Source of the DNA: Narcine bancroftii
Lineage: Eukaryota
DNA length: 64,000 nt
Assembly: GCF_036971445.1 (NCBI RefSeq)
Contig: NC_091471.1
Coordinates: 329,282,001-329,346,000, forward strand
Direction: 5' to 3'
The stretch's first letter is position 1. Each line of letters opens with the position of its first letter. The notes beneath the pieces were generated by a model. That model was not told the DNA's origin and did not search any database. It saw nothing but the letters and a program-made list of their open reading frames with translations. This document shows positions 28,631-39,666 of this stretch, piece by piece. The position numbers were made by a program, and so were the translations under genes.

Positions 28631-28692
28631 TTCTTTAAATGTAATTTTTATTTTATTTATGTCATAAAATTTTAAATAAAGTTTAAAAAAAA

Positions 28693-30650
28693 GGGAAAGG
28701 GGAGAGAGATGGGGAAAGGGGGAGAGAGATGGGGAAAGCTGGAGAGAGATGGGGAAAGCTGGAGAGAGATGGGGAAAGCTGGAGAGAGATGGGGAAAGCT
28801 GGAGAGAGATGGGGAAAGGGAGAGAGATGGGGAAAGGGAGAGAGATGGGGAAAGGGAGAGAGATGGGGAAAGGGAGAGAGATGGGGAATGGGGAGAGAGA
28901 TGGGGAATGGGGAGAGAGATGGGGAAAGGGGAAAGAGTTGGGGAAAGGGGGAGAGAGATGGGGAAAGGGGGAGAGAGATGGGGAAAGGGGGAGAGAGATG
29001 GGGAAAGGAGAGCAAGAGATGTACAAAGGGGAGCAAGAGAATCAGAAAGGGGTAGAGAGAGGGGGGAAAGGGGAGAGAGAGATGTGCAAAGGGAAGAGAT
29101 TTGGGAAAAGGGGAGGGAAAGGGAGAAAGGGGAGAGAGATGGGAAAGGGGGAGCGAGAGGTGGAAAAGGGGAGAGAAGGGAAAAGGGGAGAGAAGGGAAA
29201 AGGGGAAGAGAGATGGGGAAAGGGGGAGAGAGATGGGGAAAGGGGGAGAGAGATGGGGAAAGGGGAGAGAGATGGGGAAAGGGGAGAGAGATGGGGAAAG
29301 GGGGAGAGAGATGGGGAAAGCTGGAGAGAGATGGGGAAAGGGGGAGAGAGATGGGGAAAGGGGGAGAGATGGGGAAATGGGGAGAGAGATGGGGAAAGGG
29401 GAAAGAGTTGGGGAAAGGGGAGAGAGATGGGGAAAGGGGAGAGAGATGGGGAAAGGGGAGAGAGATGGGGAAAGGGGAGAGAGATGGGGAAAGGGGAGAG
29501 AGAGATGAGAAAAGGGGACAGTGAAAATGGGGGAGAGAGAGGGAGGAAAGGGGAGAGAGGGGTGAAAGGGGAGAGAGATGGGGAAAGCTGGAGAGAGATG
29601 GGGAAAGGGGGAGAGAGATGGGGAAAGGGGGAGAGATGGGGAAAGGGAGAGAGATGGGGAAATGGGGAGAGAGATGGGGAAAGGGGAAAGAGTTGGGGAA
29701 AGGGGGAGAGAGATGGGGAAAGGGGGAGAGAGATGGGGAAAGGAGAGCGAGAGATGTACAAAGGGGAGCAAGAGAATCAGAAAGGGGTAGAGAGAAGGGG
29801 GAAAGGGGAGAGAGATGGGAAAATGGGGAGAGAGATGGGGAAAGGGGAAAGAGTTGGGGAAAGGGGGAGAGAAATGGGGAAAGGGGGAGAGAGATGGGGA
29901 AAGGGGGAGAGAGATGGGGAAAGGGGGAGAGAGATATCGGAAAATGGGGGAGAGAGATATCAGAAAATGGGGGAGAGGTGGGGAATGGGAGAGATAGACG
30001 AAAAAGGGGAAGAGTAATGGTGAAAGGGGAAAGAATGGGATGAGGAAGGAGAGAGATGGGGAAAGAGGAGAGAGAGTTGGGGAAAGGGAAGAAATTTGGG
30101 GAAAGGGGAGAGAGATGGGGAAAGGGGGAGAGAGATGGAGAAAGGAGAGCGAGATGTACAAAGGGGAGCGAGAGAATCAGAAAGGAGGAGAGAGATGGGG
30201 AAAGGGGGAGAGAGATGGGGAAAGAGAGATAGAGATGGGGAAAGGGGAGAGAGATGGGGAAAGGGCAGAGAGAGATGAGAAAAGGGGACAGTGAAAATGG
30301 GGGAGAGAGAGGGAGGAAAGGGGAGAGAGGGGTGAAAGGGGAGAGAGAGAGGGAGAGATAGGAAAAGGGGAGAGAGATGGCGAAAGGGGAGTGTTGGAGA
30401 AAGATGGGGAGAGATGGGGAAAGGAAAAAGGGACGAGATAGGGGAAATAGGAGAGAGAGGGAGACAGGGGGTGAGATAGGGGGTAAAGGGAGATAGAGTG
30501 GGAAGGGGGAGAGAGAGGGGGAATGGCGCAGAGAGAGAGAGGGGGAATGGGGCAGAGAGAGAGGTGGAATGGGGAGAGAGATGGCGAAAGAGGAGAGATG
30601 GGTAAAGGGCAGAGAGAGTTGAGGAAAGGGGGGAGGGAGAGAGAGAGTGG
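28693..30650 (+). repeat. Continuation and decaying edge of the GA-rich satellite
   Basis: Same units and cassettes as 1-25423, degenerating after ~30300. Confidence 0.95.
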
Positions 30651-30919
30651 TCACAACTCCCCAACACCTTGCCGCCCCCTCCCCTAATACCCCACTTTCC
30701 CCATGGATTCCCCCTTCACCCTGCCCACCCTCCCACTAACCGCATCCCTCTTGCCTGCGCATTGAGCATCCACCTGGTCGGGAAGGGGTCCTGGCTGCAG
30801 CGGCGAGGGGACCTCCTTACTCCTACCCACCCTGAGCACAGGGGTCATAGCACCACCCCAGGCCCAGCAGGCAAGTGTACCTGCCTGCCAGAGGGTAGAG
30901 GGCAGGCCCCACCCAATCC

Positions 30920-31450
30920 TCCCTTCAACAATTGGTCCCGCAGAGACCCCTACCCACACCACAAACAGGTGGTCCCAAAGACACCCACCCACACCTCTCA
31001 ACAGGTTGGTCCCACAGAGATCCCCTCCCACACCACGAACAGGTGGTCCCACAGACCCTCACTCACACCCTCTCAACAGGTGGTCCTGGGAGACCACTAT
31101 CCCAGTCCCCCAGAGACACCCCCATCCCCCTTCAACAGGTCATCCTGCAAAGGCCCTCCTACTCCTTGAAACAACTCTCACCTGCTCCCTCAGAGACCTC
31201 CCACCCCACTCCCTCAGAGAACTCCTACCTCAATTCCTCAGAGACCTCCCACCCCACTCCCTCAGAGACCTCCACCCCACTCCCTCAGAAACCTCACCCA
31301 CTCCCTAAGACACCCCCCCATCCAATCCCTGAGAAACCCCCACCCCGCCCTCTGAGCATCCCACCCTCTCCCTGAGCAACTTCTTAACCCAGTCCCTCAG
31401 AGACCTCCCATCCAACTCCCTGAAAGACCTCCCACCCCACTCCCAGAAGG
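30920..31450 (+). repeat. Degenerate C-rich tandem repeats
   Basis: Recurrent AACAGGTGGTCCCACAGA and CCCTCAGAGACCTCCCACCCCACT units. Confidence 0.7.
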
Positions 31451-31571
31451 AGATATTCCACAGCGACCAGCCTCATTGACCCTAACTTCCAACAGATTGT
31501 CCCAGGTGAAACTCCCCTTTACTGAACCTGAATTCTGGAGAGCCTGACCCAAAAATCTGCACCCTCACTCC

Positions 31572-31980
31572 TCATAGAACACTACAGCACAGTACAGGCC
31601 CTTCGGCCCTCAATAATATGCTGACCCATATATTCCTAACAAAAAAAAGGACTAAATCCCTCCCTACCATGTAACCCTCTAGTTTCCTTCCATTCATGGG
31701 CCTGTTTGAGGCTGTTCCAGCCTCCACCACTACCTCGCTTCCTGAAAGAAATTTCTTCAGCCAGAGGTTGGCGAGTGTGGAACGTTGCCACGGGCAGTGG
31801 TGGAAGCGAGGTCGCTGGGCGGATTTAAGGCAGAGGTATTTGATCAGTCAGGGCATCAAGGGTCACGGAGGAGTGGGGCTGAGTGGGTGGATGGATCAGC
31901 TCACAATTAGAAGGGTGGGGGGGGGGGGAAGACTCAATGAGAAAATGGCCCTACTTCTGCTTTTCTCTCTTCTGTTCTTG
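31572..31980. mobile_element. CR1-type LINE 3' fragments in opposite orientations
   Basis: CATAGAACACTACAGCACAGTACAGGCCCTTCGGCCC (minus-strand 3' tail), then AATTTCTTCAGCCAGAGG...ATGGCC...CTTCTGCT (plus-strand tail, similar to 55850-55990). Confidence 0.65.
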
Positions 31981-31984
31981 GGCT

Positions 31985-32820
31985 CAAAAGAGGCCACTTC
32001 CTTGAGATACCGCCTGAAAGACGGTGCCTATGATGGCATTGGCCATGTTCACAATTCTCCGAGGCCTTTTCCTGTCCAGTGCATTGGCTCCTCCGTACCG
32101 GACAGTGATCCAACCAAACAAAGTGCTCTCCTCAGCACACCTGTAGCGTCCTCCGTAGATGTTCGCGATGGTGGGGGAGGGTTTTTCCCGTGATGTCCTG
32201 TGTGTCCACTTCCTTTTGCAGGGCTTTACCCTCAGGGGTATTGGTGTCCCTGTACCCGACACTTTCCACCGCACATCTGTAGAAATTTGCCAGGGTTTTC
32301 GATGTTGTACCAAACCTCCTGAGGAAGTAGAGGCGCTGACATGCTTTCTTCACGATGCCATTAGTGCGTTGGGTCTGGGAAAGATCCTCTGAGCTAGTGA
32401 CCCCCAAAAACTTAAATTTGCTCACCACTTCAGACCGCAAGACCCTGCAGTGGAGAGTGAAGTCAGCGGAAAAGAACAGTGGGGGCTCTCTTCCTACCAC
32501 GATGGACGTCTACAACACATGATGCAAGCGATAAACATTGTGAAGGACTCCACACACCCCTCACATCAATTGTCCTCCCTTTTGCCATTGATATCATAGC
32601 ACTCGGGCCCTGACATCAATTGGGAAACAGTTTTATCAGCAACTCCACCACCCCAGGCCACGAGGCTCCTGAATTCCCAGAACATTTGTGGGAATTTCAA
32701 TGTGTTTAACATCTGTTCTAACTGATATTGATGTAAATCTGCTCCGTGGTCCTGGAGAAACGCTCTCTCGTTTTTATTGTGCAAGCACGGTGTTACGGAC
32801 CACGAAGAGTTTTATTTCTG
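31985..32820. mobile_element. Rex1/Babar-like LINE 3' fragments (minus ~31985-32430, plus ~32480-32820)
   Basis: Minus-strand translation VSKFKFLGVTSSEDLSQTQRTNGIVKKACQRLYFLRRFGTTSKTLANFYRCAVES is typical of the region after the RT domain in Rex-Babar LINEs. Confidence 0.7.
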
Positions 32821-33899
32821 ACCAAGGACAGTGACTGACTGAGCGGCGTTCACTGGAGCAGTGAGCTGGGAGAGTGAACAGCTGTGCGGAGTGCGAGAGG
32901 CACACACTGAAGTCAGTGGGCTCATCGAGAGCGCGACCGCTGTTGTCTCCTACCCCTCCAATCAGGAGGGCCGAAGACATGGGCTGCGGCAGTTAAACCA
33001 TCCAGCGTGCTGAGGAACGAACGGTCAGTGTGCCCACCCAGCAGCTCCAGCCAAAAGGCAGGATGCTGAGCTGCTCTGTTGGCGGGATTCAGCACCGCTG
33101 TAACGACAGCAGATTTTACACTCTGATCCCCAGAGGGTGTGCCCAGCCTGTGCTTCTCCAGCCCCCTTTTGAGAAGTCACTGGTCAGAGTTTAGGCGGAG
33201 AAGCCTTCGTGTGACAGTGCAACCCCCAAAGAGGGCTTCGGAAGGGCAGACCGTGCTAGTGACCAGGAGGTGAGCAAACCGAGGGTGGTCATTACCCCAT
33301 GAGAAACTAAGGGAAGTTTCCTGTATTCACCTGCCAAGGTCGTAAGTCTGCTCAGTGACAACGGTCCTCTCTCTCCACATTCAATTCAAAGACCTGTGCA
33401 CAACTAAGACATTAAAGCCTGGAGATACTTTTGACTGACTTGCTTGACGAGATTGACTTGGGCGTTTTGTTTTTGGAGTTTATTTTGGGGCATTAGGGCT
33501 TAGACTGTGATGGTCTGAGGATTTTTTTTTCCACGTACAGTCTATAAATATAGTTTCCATAAAGGCTTACGTTTGGGTGTTGAGTTTATTGAGACAAAGA
33601 ACAATTGTTAATAAAATTTAACCAATCCCTCATCAAAGACACGCTGACTCGCCCTGAGTAGACTGGACTTCTCCAAATCCTCATAGATCCTATTCTTAAG
33701 AATCCTCTCCAATAGTCATGTATGTACACTGACAATAAGTCTGAAATCTATATCAGAAATATTTGTCCCTGTTCTTTAAAATCAATAAAAATCTGCATAT
33801 TTTTAAAAATTGAGAGGAAAATTGTTTCACAATTACTTAGAAAATAGACTTTGACTGACTTTTCAGGAGTTGGCTGACTTACTGTGTCCCAAGAGGCCT

Positions 33900-34112
33900 C
33901 TGAAGGCGCGGTGTGTTGTGGGTATTGTAGTCTCCATTCGCTGTTATGTCTGCACTTCGCGGCGGGCGTGACTACTGGCGTCATCACGCCCCCGCCGGGT
34001 CGGCCGAGAAGTCCGGCAGGTTGGATGCGCCTCCGCTGCCGCCCCTTACCACTACAACTCCCAGGGTGCTGCGCGAGGATTGTCCTGCTTTCAGGAGAGA
34101 AGTCACCCGCTG
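33900..34112 (+). promoter_or_regulatory. CpG-rich promoter and putative non-coding exon 1 of the RBSN-like gene
   Basis: Local CpG enrichment, GC-box-like and CGTCA half-CRE sequences, ZNF143/THAP11 (SBS) motif ACTACAACTCCCAGGGTGC at 34051-34069, and donor CTG|GTGAGT after 34112. Confidence 0.7.
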
Positions 34113-34299
34113 GTGAGTTGGATTGGGGGAGGGTGGTTGTGTGAGGTTGGGGGGAGAGATGGGTTGGCCTCAGCGAGGCGCTGGGCCTGTTCTCTGCCTG
34201 GCCGAGGGGTTGCCATGGTTACCGGGCCCTCTGGGTGGGCCCTGCCGCGGCGGGTGGGCCTCAGGCTGCAGCAATGGGGATGGGGGTGCCCGGTCCTGC

Positions 34300-34880
34300 C
34301 TGCCCCCTGGGGTCGTAGGGGGAACATGGGGAGGGGTCGTGGAGGGTCTCCTAGGGGTTCTGGAAGGTCCCTGGGAGTCGTAGTGGGGAGGGGGGGACCC
34401 TGGGGATCGTAGTGGGTCCCTGGTGGTTGTAGGGGGACCCTGGGGTCCTGGATGGTTCTGGGGAGTCCTTGGGTTGTTGAGGGGTCCCTGGTGTTGTAGG
34501 GGGGACCCTGGGGGTCGTGAAGGATCAATTTGGGGTTGTGGAAGGTCCCTGCGGGTCATGGAGGGACCTTGGGGTCATGGAGGGACCTTGGGGTCATGGA
34601 GGGACCTTGGGGTCATGGAAGCGTCCCTGGGGATTGTGGTGGGTCACTGGGGCCATAGTGGAGTTCCTGGGAGTCGTAGAGGGGACTACCAGCATTGTAC
34701 AGAGACTCTGGGGGATGTCGGGTGATCCCCTTTGTTGTAGGGGAGGCCTCCAGCACCATACAGTGACACCGGGGGTTCGTAGAGGACCCAAGGTCGTAAG
34801 GGGATTTTTCCCAGGGTTATGTAGGGACGGGTCTGTACCCTCAGGATCATGGGGGAATGTCTGCTGGGGTCCTTAGGGTT
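34300..34880 (+). repeat. Degenerate ~20 bp G-rich minisatellite in intron 1
   Basis: Units such as GGAGGGACCTTGGGGTCAT and GGTCCCTGGGAGTCGTAGT. Confidence 0.7.
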
Positions 34881-35122
34881 GTACATAGACCCCCCCCCCA
34901 TTCCCCTGGTTCCAACGCGAGGACACAACTCTCCCCACCAGTACTGACCTCCCTGCTTTCTCTGCAGTGTTGGATCACCCAGCACCCACCTGGACCCTGT
35001 GCACGGCGCTGAATCCTGCCCGTGGAGGGATGGTACCCCTGGAGAGTGCCGGCAGGAATCCTGGCCCTGCCCAACGGCTACCTCTCGCCCTGGGCTGAAC
35101 ACTGGTGTCAGCCAGGGGCGGG

Positions 35123-35300
35123 ATGTGGGCCTCGCCTCCCCAACCTGGGCCCGGGGGATGTCCCCAGTTGGAGGAGGTCCGAGAGGGCTTCCTCTGCCCC
35201 CTCTGCCTGAAGGACCTGCTATCCGTTCAGCAACTGCAGACGCACTACGAGGAGGCACACAGTGGCGAGGAGGATGGCCATGTGGTGGGGCAGATTCGGA
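35123..35300 (+). CDS. RBSN: Rabenosyn-5-like coding exon 1 (C2H2 zinc finger); exon acceptor at 34968
   Basis: MWASPPQPGPGGCPQLEEVREGFLCPLCLKDLLSVQQLQTHYEEAHSGEEDGHVVGQIR matches RBSN EVREGFLCPLCLKDL. In-frame stop upstream at 35096; donor GTGAGT at 35301, phase 1. Confidence 0.9.
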
Positions 35301-35754
35301 GTGAGTGGGCTTGGCATCCAGGGAAGGGTCTGGCAGCCCACCGCCCCACCATCCTCGATGTATCCCCTCCCCCTCCCGCTTTCCCCTCCCCCTCCTGCCA
35401 TTTTCCCCACCGTCCCATCAGTCCACGCCTCTACTGTTACTCCCTCACTCCCACCGCCCCCCCCACCCACTCCTGCTGTCCACTTCCCTCCTCACATTCC
35501 CCACTACTCCTTCACACCCCCTGCTATCCCCTCTGATCACCTCTGATGCCATCCCCCACGCTGAGCGCACGCGCCACCCCCTGCGCTGCCCTCACTTCCA
35601 CCTCCACCAGGCTGTATGCTCTTGCCTGATCCCAGAGTTGATCCCCGGGACATTGATGGCAGGTGAATCGTCTCCCTTCGGGGAGGGGGTGGGGTTGGTT
35701 TACCATGATTTGACATTCTATTGGCCCCCCCCCACACCCTCCTCACCTCCACAG

Positions 35755-35880
35755 CACTCCTGGGCAGAGCCAAGCGGAAGCTCCTGAAACGCGAGGACTC
35801 AGGACACCTGGAGCCAGAGACGCCGGACCTGGTGTACACAGGGGGTGTGGACACCAGCAAGTGGGAGCCGCAGGATCTAG
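35755..35880 (+). CDS. RBSN: Rabenosyn-5-like coding exon 2
   Basis: CAG acceptor; LLGRAKRKLLKRED...GGVDTSKWEPQDL; donor GTGAGT; phases 1/1. Confidence 0.92.
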
Positions 35881-36159
35881 GTGAGTGGGCCTGTGGGAGG
35901 GGGGGAATGGGGGGGGGGGGCAGCTCTCCTCCCACCCGGCGAGAACCTGGCCACAGTCGTTGGGTAGGGGGGAGGGGGGAGAATGACCAGCTCTGGATTA
36001 CAGCAGTTTAGATATGGAGAGAGATTCCCATATCTACCCATGTTCTCATCGATGCTGTGTAATAGTCAACCCCCCCCCCCCCCCTCCATTTTTGGCCCAA
36101 ATATTGGATGTTTTTGTTTGACTCATGGAAAAATCCACCTCCCTATTTTTGCCCCAGAA

Positions 36160-36520
36160 GCTTATCTGTCCAAGCTCCGACGCCCCGGCCACGGATTCTT
36201 GCCTACACCCGGCCTCCCACTGATCCAAGCTCCTGACGCCCCACAGCCTGCCTGTCCAAGGACCCGATACTCTGTCTGCCTGCCCATCTGAGCTCCCGAC
36301 GCCCCACAGCCTGACTGTCTGAGCTCCTGAAGCCCAGCCGCAGACTTGTTTATGCCCAGTCGCCTGCCCATCTGAGCTCCCGACGCCCCAACAGCCTGCT
36401 GTCTGACGCCCTGGCCACAGATTCTTGCTTACTCCCAGCCACCCACCCATCCGAACCCCCCAACACCTTGAATGCGGACTCACCACCTGATGCTGCCGAT
36501 CCGAGCTCCTGACATCTTAA
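36160..36520 (+). repeat. Degenerate tandem repeat
   Basis: Recurrent GAGCTCCCGACGCCCCACAGCCTG units. Confidence 0.65.
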
Positions 36521-36974
36521 ACAACGCTGGTACTTTCCAAGGTCAAAGGTCTGACCCCTCCCTCCCCCCTCAAATTTGACCTGAAAAATTGGTCCAAAAA
36601 ATTTTAACGATTACATGAAATCTAGAACATTCTGTGGCATCTGCAGACTTTTGTGTAAACTTGATTTTCCAATTGGGCCCTCTCCAACCAGATGGCATTG
36701 ATGTCAATGTCTCCGATTAGTGCCAGCCCTCTCCCCATTCTCCCTCCCATCCCCATTCTCCCTCCCTTCCCCATTCTCCCTCCCATCCCCATCCCCTTCT
36801 CCACCCCCTTCCCTCTCCGTTCAGAGCAATTCCCCTCCCCCGTTTGCTGCTCTGCCCTCCCTCACATCCACCTATTACCTCCTGCCTGTGAGACTGCGCT
36901 CCTCCCCCTCCCCCTCCCTTGATGAAGGGCTTAAGCCTAAAACGTTAGTTATGAATTAAATTTTAAATTTAGAC

Positions 36975-37210
36975 ATTCAGCATGGTAACAGACCCTTCCA
37001 GCCCATGATCCTGTGCTGCCCAATTAACCTACAACACCCCCCCCCGGTACATTTTGAACAGTGGGAGGAAACCAGAGCCCCTGAGGAAAACCCGCGCAGA
37101 CGCAGGGTGAATGAAAAACTCCTTACAGACAGCATGGGATTCGAACCCCAATCCCAACTGCTGGCGCTGTCAAGGTGTTGCGCCAACCGCTACACTAATC
37201 GTCCTGCCCT
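36975..37210 (-). mobile_element. tRNA-derived V-SINE (HE1-like)
   Basis: The minus strand has a tRNA-like head with B-box GGGTTCGAATCCC (plus strand GGGATTCGAACCC, ~37136-37149), a V-domain-like core (plus strand GGGAGGAAACC...GAAAACCC.CGCAGAC) and a CR1-like tail. Confidence 0.8.
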
Positions 37211-37224
37211 AAGTGAATCGCGGA

Positions 37225-37830
37225 AGTCTGCAGATGCTTGATTGTATTAAGAACACACAGGACTGCTGGAGGAACTCAGCCAGTTTCGCAGTGTCCACAG
37301 AAGGTAAAGATACATCACTGACATTTTGGGCCTGAGCCCTGCCTCACAGTATTAGAAAAATGCAGAAGTTGAGAGAGGTTGGGGAGGTGTGGGGGAGAGG
37401 TTTAATGGAAACCAGAGAAGTTGATGTTAACGTCGTCCAGTTGGAGGGCACCCAGGCAGAAGATGAAGGGTTGTCCCTCCAATTTGCAGGTGGTTTCAGT
37501 TTGGCCGTGCATGAGACCATGGGCAGACATGTCAGCAAGGAAATAGGATGGGGAATTGACATGAGCAGCCACTGGGAGATCTGCTTATTGAGGCGGACAG
37601 AGCTGAGTTGCTCGACGAAGCTACACCCTGCTCTCTCCGACCATAGCAGGATGCAGGAGATGACTTCCACAGATACTCAAGGGAAGTGTTTGCTTCACTG
37701 AGAAGGACTGTTTGAGGCCCCAAACAGCAGTGAGGGCAGAGGTGTGGGTGCAAGTGGAGCCTCCTGTAGTCACAAGGGATGGGTGCCGGTGTGGGCAGAG
37801 ACGAGGAAGTCACGGAGGGAGCAAGTGGTC
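37225..37830 (-). mobile_element. Penelope-like element fragment (terminal repeat plus GIY-YIG C-terminus)
   Basis: Minus-strand translation PVAAHVNS...SAHGLMHGQTETTCKLEGQPFIFCLGALQLDDVNINFS; terminal motif TGCTGGAGGAACTCAGC. Confidence 0.7.
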
Positions 37831-38622
37831 ACTGTGGAAGGGAATCTGAGTCTAGTGTTGGGATCTCATCCACAAAGTTCAGTTTTACCTTGAGAATGGA
37901 TGATGTCTGGAGTAAAAACACAGAAATGCTGGAGGAACTCACAACGCCCATAGGAGGGGGTAAAGGTGCACAGTAAAACCCTGGTATCCGGCACCTCTGT
38001 GGATTGGTAGATGCCAGATAAGTGAAGTATCCTGTTGCTTGAGGTTGCGTGGATTGGAAAACTAACAGCGAGGTGTGTGATTTTTTTTTTTTTTTTGCCG
38101 ATTGCTTGAATTCTGAATAACAAGGGATTTATGGTATTACTGCCGTTTCAGGCCTGAGCCCTTCCTGAAGGTATGGGAAGAAGCAGGTAGGCGCAGGGGG
38201 AAAGAGTCCAGACCAACAGGCTAAAGATGATGATTGGATATGGGGAGAATTTATAGGGGGACGGGGTTGGATCTGTCAATGCAAGGTTGGATCGATTTTT
38301 ACAAAGTCGAGGAATTGAGGCAGGTCGGTGAAGATGATCATCAGATCAGCCATGATCTCATTGAATGGCGGAGCAGGCTCAACGGGCCAGATGGCCGACT
38401 CCTGTGTCTGATGCTCCGACAAGATATTTGGACAGGGAAGGGATTGGTGGGATGAGGGGGTGAGCTCAGATGGGCGACTGGATGGGGTCTGGCTCTGTCA
38501 ACCTGCACGCCAAAAGTCCAGACACGGAGAAATGGGAAGTACCTGCTCTTCTGAAGGGGAAGGTTGGTGGAGCTCTGCTCTTGGAGTTGGTAGTGACAGT
38601 GCCTTTTCCTACCGGCCCACAG

Positions 38623-38723
38623 GGGTGACCCGGAATGTGAGGAGCGATTTCCAGCGCTGGCGGGGGGCCCGGATCAACCACTACGTCACTGAGGTCAACA
38701 AGCTGCTGATCCGTCTGGAGAAG
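38623..38723 (+). CDS. RBSN: Rabenosyn-5-like coding exon 3
   Basis: GVTRNVRSDFQRWRGARINHYVTEVNKLLIRLEK versus human ARIDHYVVEVNKLIIRLEK; AG/GT boundaries, phases 1/0. Confidence 0.95.
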
Positions 38724-38779
38724 GTGGGTAATAGGGAGAAATCCTATGCCAGCAGAGGGCAAAGGGGCTATCCTGAAGC

Positions 38780-39290
38780 ATGGAACACTGCAGCACAGAA
38801 ACTGGCCCTTCTAGTCTGCCTTGTCCCACTGACCTGCTCCCGGTCCAGAGCCCTCCGAACCCCTCCCATCCATGTACCTGTTCAAATTCTTCTTAAATGT
38901 TATAACTGAGCCTGCATTCACTACCTCAGCTTGTTCCACACTCCCACTGCTCACTGTGGGAAGAGGTTCCCCCTAAACTTTTCCCCTTTCATGTTTAACC
39001 CATGTTCTCTGGTTTGGATCTCACCGAACCTCAGTGGAAAAATCTAGACCTAGATTTACTCTATCTGTCCCCTCATAATTTTAAACACCTTGATCAAATC
39101 TCCTCATTCTTCTGCACTCCAGGGAATAAATTCCGAGATCAACATTTTGATTTATGAAGGCCAAGATGCCAAATGCTCTCTTTACAACCCTATCCACCTG
39201 TGACACCAGTTTCAGGGAATTATGCCCATCCATTTACCGTGTACATCCTTTCTTGGTTTGTCCTTCCAAAATGCAGTACCTCACTTGGCA
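38780..39290 (-). mobile_element. CR1 LINE 3' fragments
   Basis: Reverse complement of the CR1 tail seen at 42466-42810 (TTCCCCCTAAACTTTTCCCCTTTCA, TCAAATCTCCTCATTCTTCT). Confidence 0.7.
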
Positions 39291-39437
39291 CAGTAAGCCC
39301 TGAGTGCTGTAGAAACTGAGGCCTGACAGCACAGGGTATCGAGCAGCAGTCGCTGCAGATGGTGTCGAGGGCACTGTGAGTGCCAGGAGCCAGCATGGGG
39401 TGGCATCTCCTGGCTGACCACCTTCCTTCCCTTTCAG

Positions 39438-39483
39438 CTGACATCCTTTGACCGAGCGGCCACGGACCCCGCCAAGAGGAAAG
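39438..39483 (+). CDS. RBSN: Rabenosyn-5-like coding exon 4
   Basis: TTTCAG acceptor; LTSFDRAATDPAKRK versus human LTAFDRTNTESAKIR; donor GTTAGT; phases 0/1. Confidence 0.88.
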
Positions 39484-39666
39484 GTTAGTGTCCCTGCACC
39501 CTCGTCTCTCCTCCCTCTCCCACCTCCCCCCTCTCCCTGACCCAGTCCACCTCCCCCCTCTCCCTGTCCCCAGTCCACCTCCCCCTCCCCCTCTCCCTGT
39601 TCCCAGTCCACCTCCCCCACTATCCCCAGTCCTCCTCCCCCCCTGTCCACAGTCCACCTCCCCCCT

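Larger units (their letters stand above)
25424..28692 (+). mobile_element. Non-autonomous ORF1-only (HAL1-like) L1 derivative inserted in the satellite
   Basis: 5' end GGGGGCGTGGCAAGATGGCG with a YY1-type site at 25434-25443, then L1 ORF1, only a small ORF2 remnant, T-rich 3' region, AATAAA at 28675-28680 and A-tail at 28685-28692, after which the satellite resumes. Confidence 0.82.

Noticed and set aside
1-30667. Very long ORFs (up to 2824 aa, P/S/L/F-rich on minus, G/E/R/K-rich on plus)
   Set aside because: They are open in several frames at once because the satellite composition rarely forms stop codons; no domain or frame-specific signal.
32830-33700. Possible solo LTR or divergent gene upstream of the ZNF143-type promoter
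   Set aside because: No recognisable TG...CA ends, target-site duplication or coding homology that I can support from sequence alone.
37130-37210. tRNA-like A/B boxes on the minus strand
   Set aside because: This is the head of a V-SINE, continuous with the SINE body and tail, not a tRNA gene.
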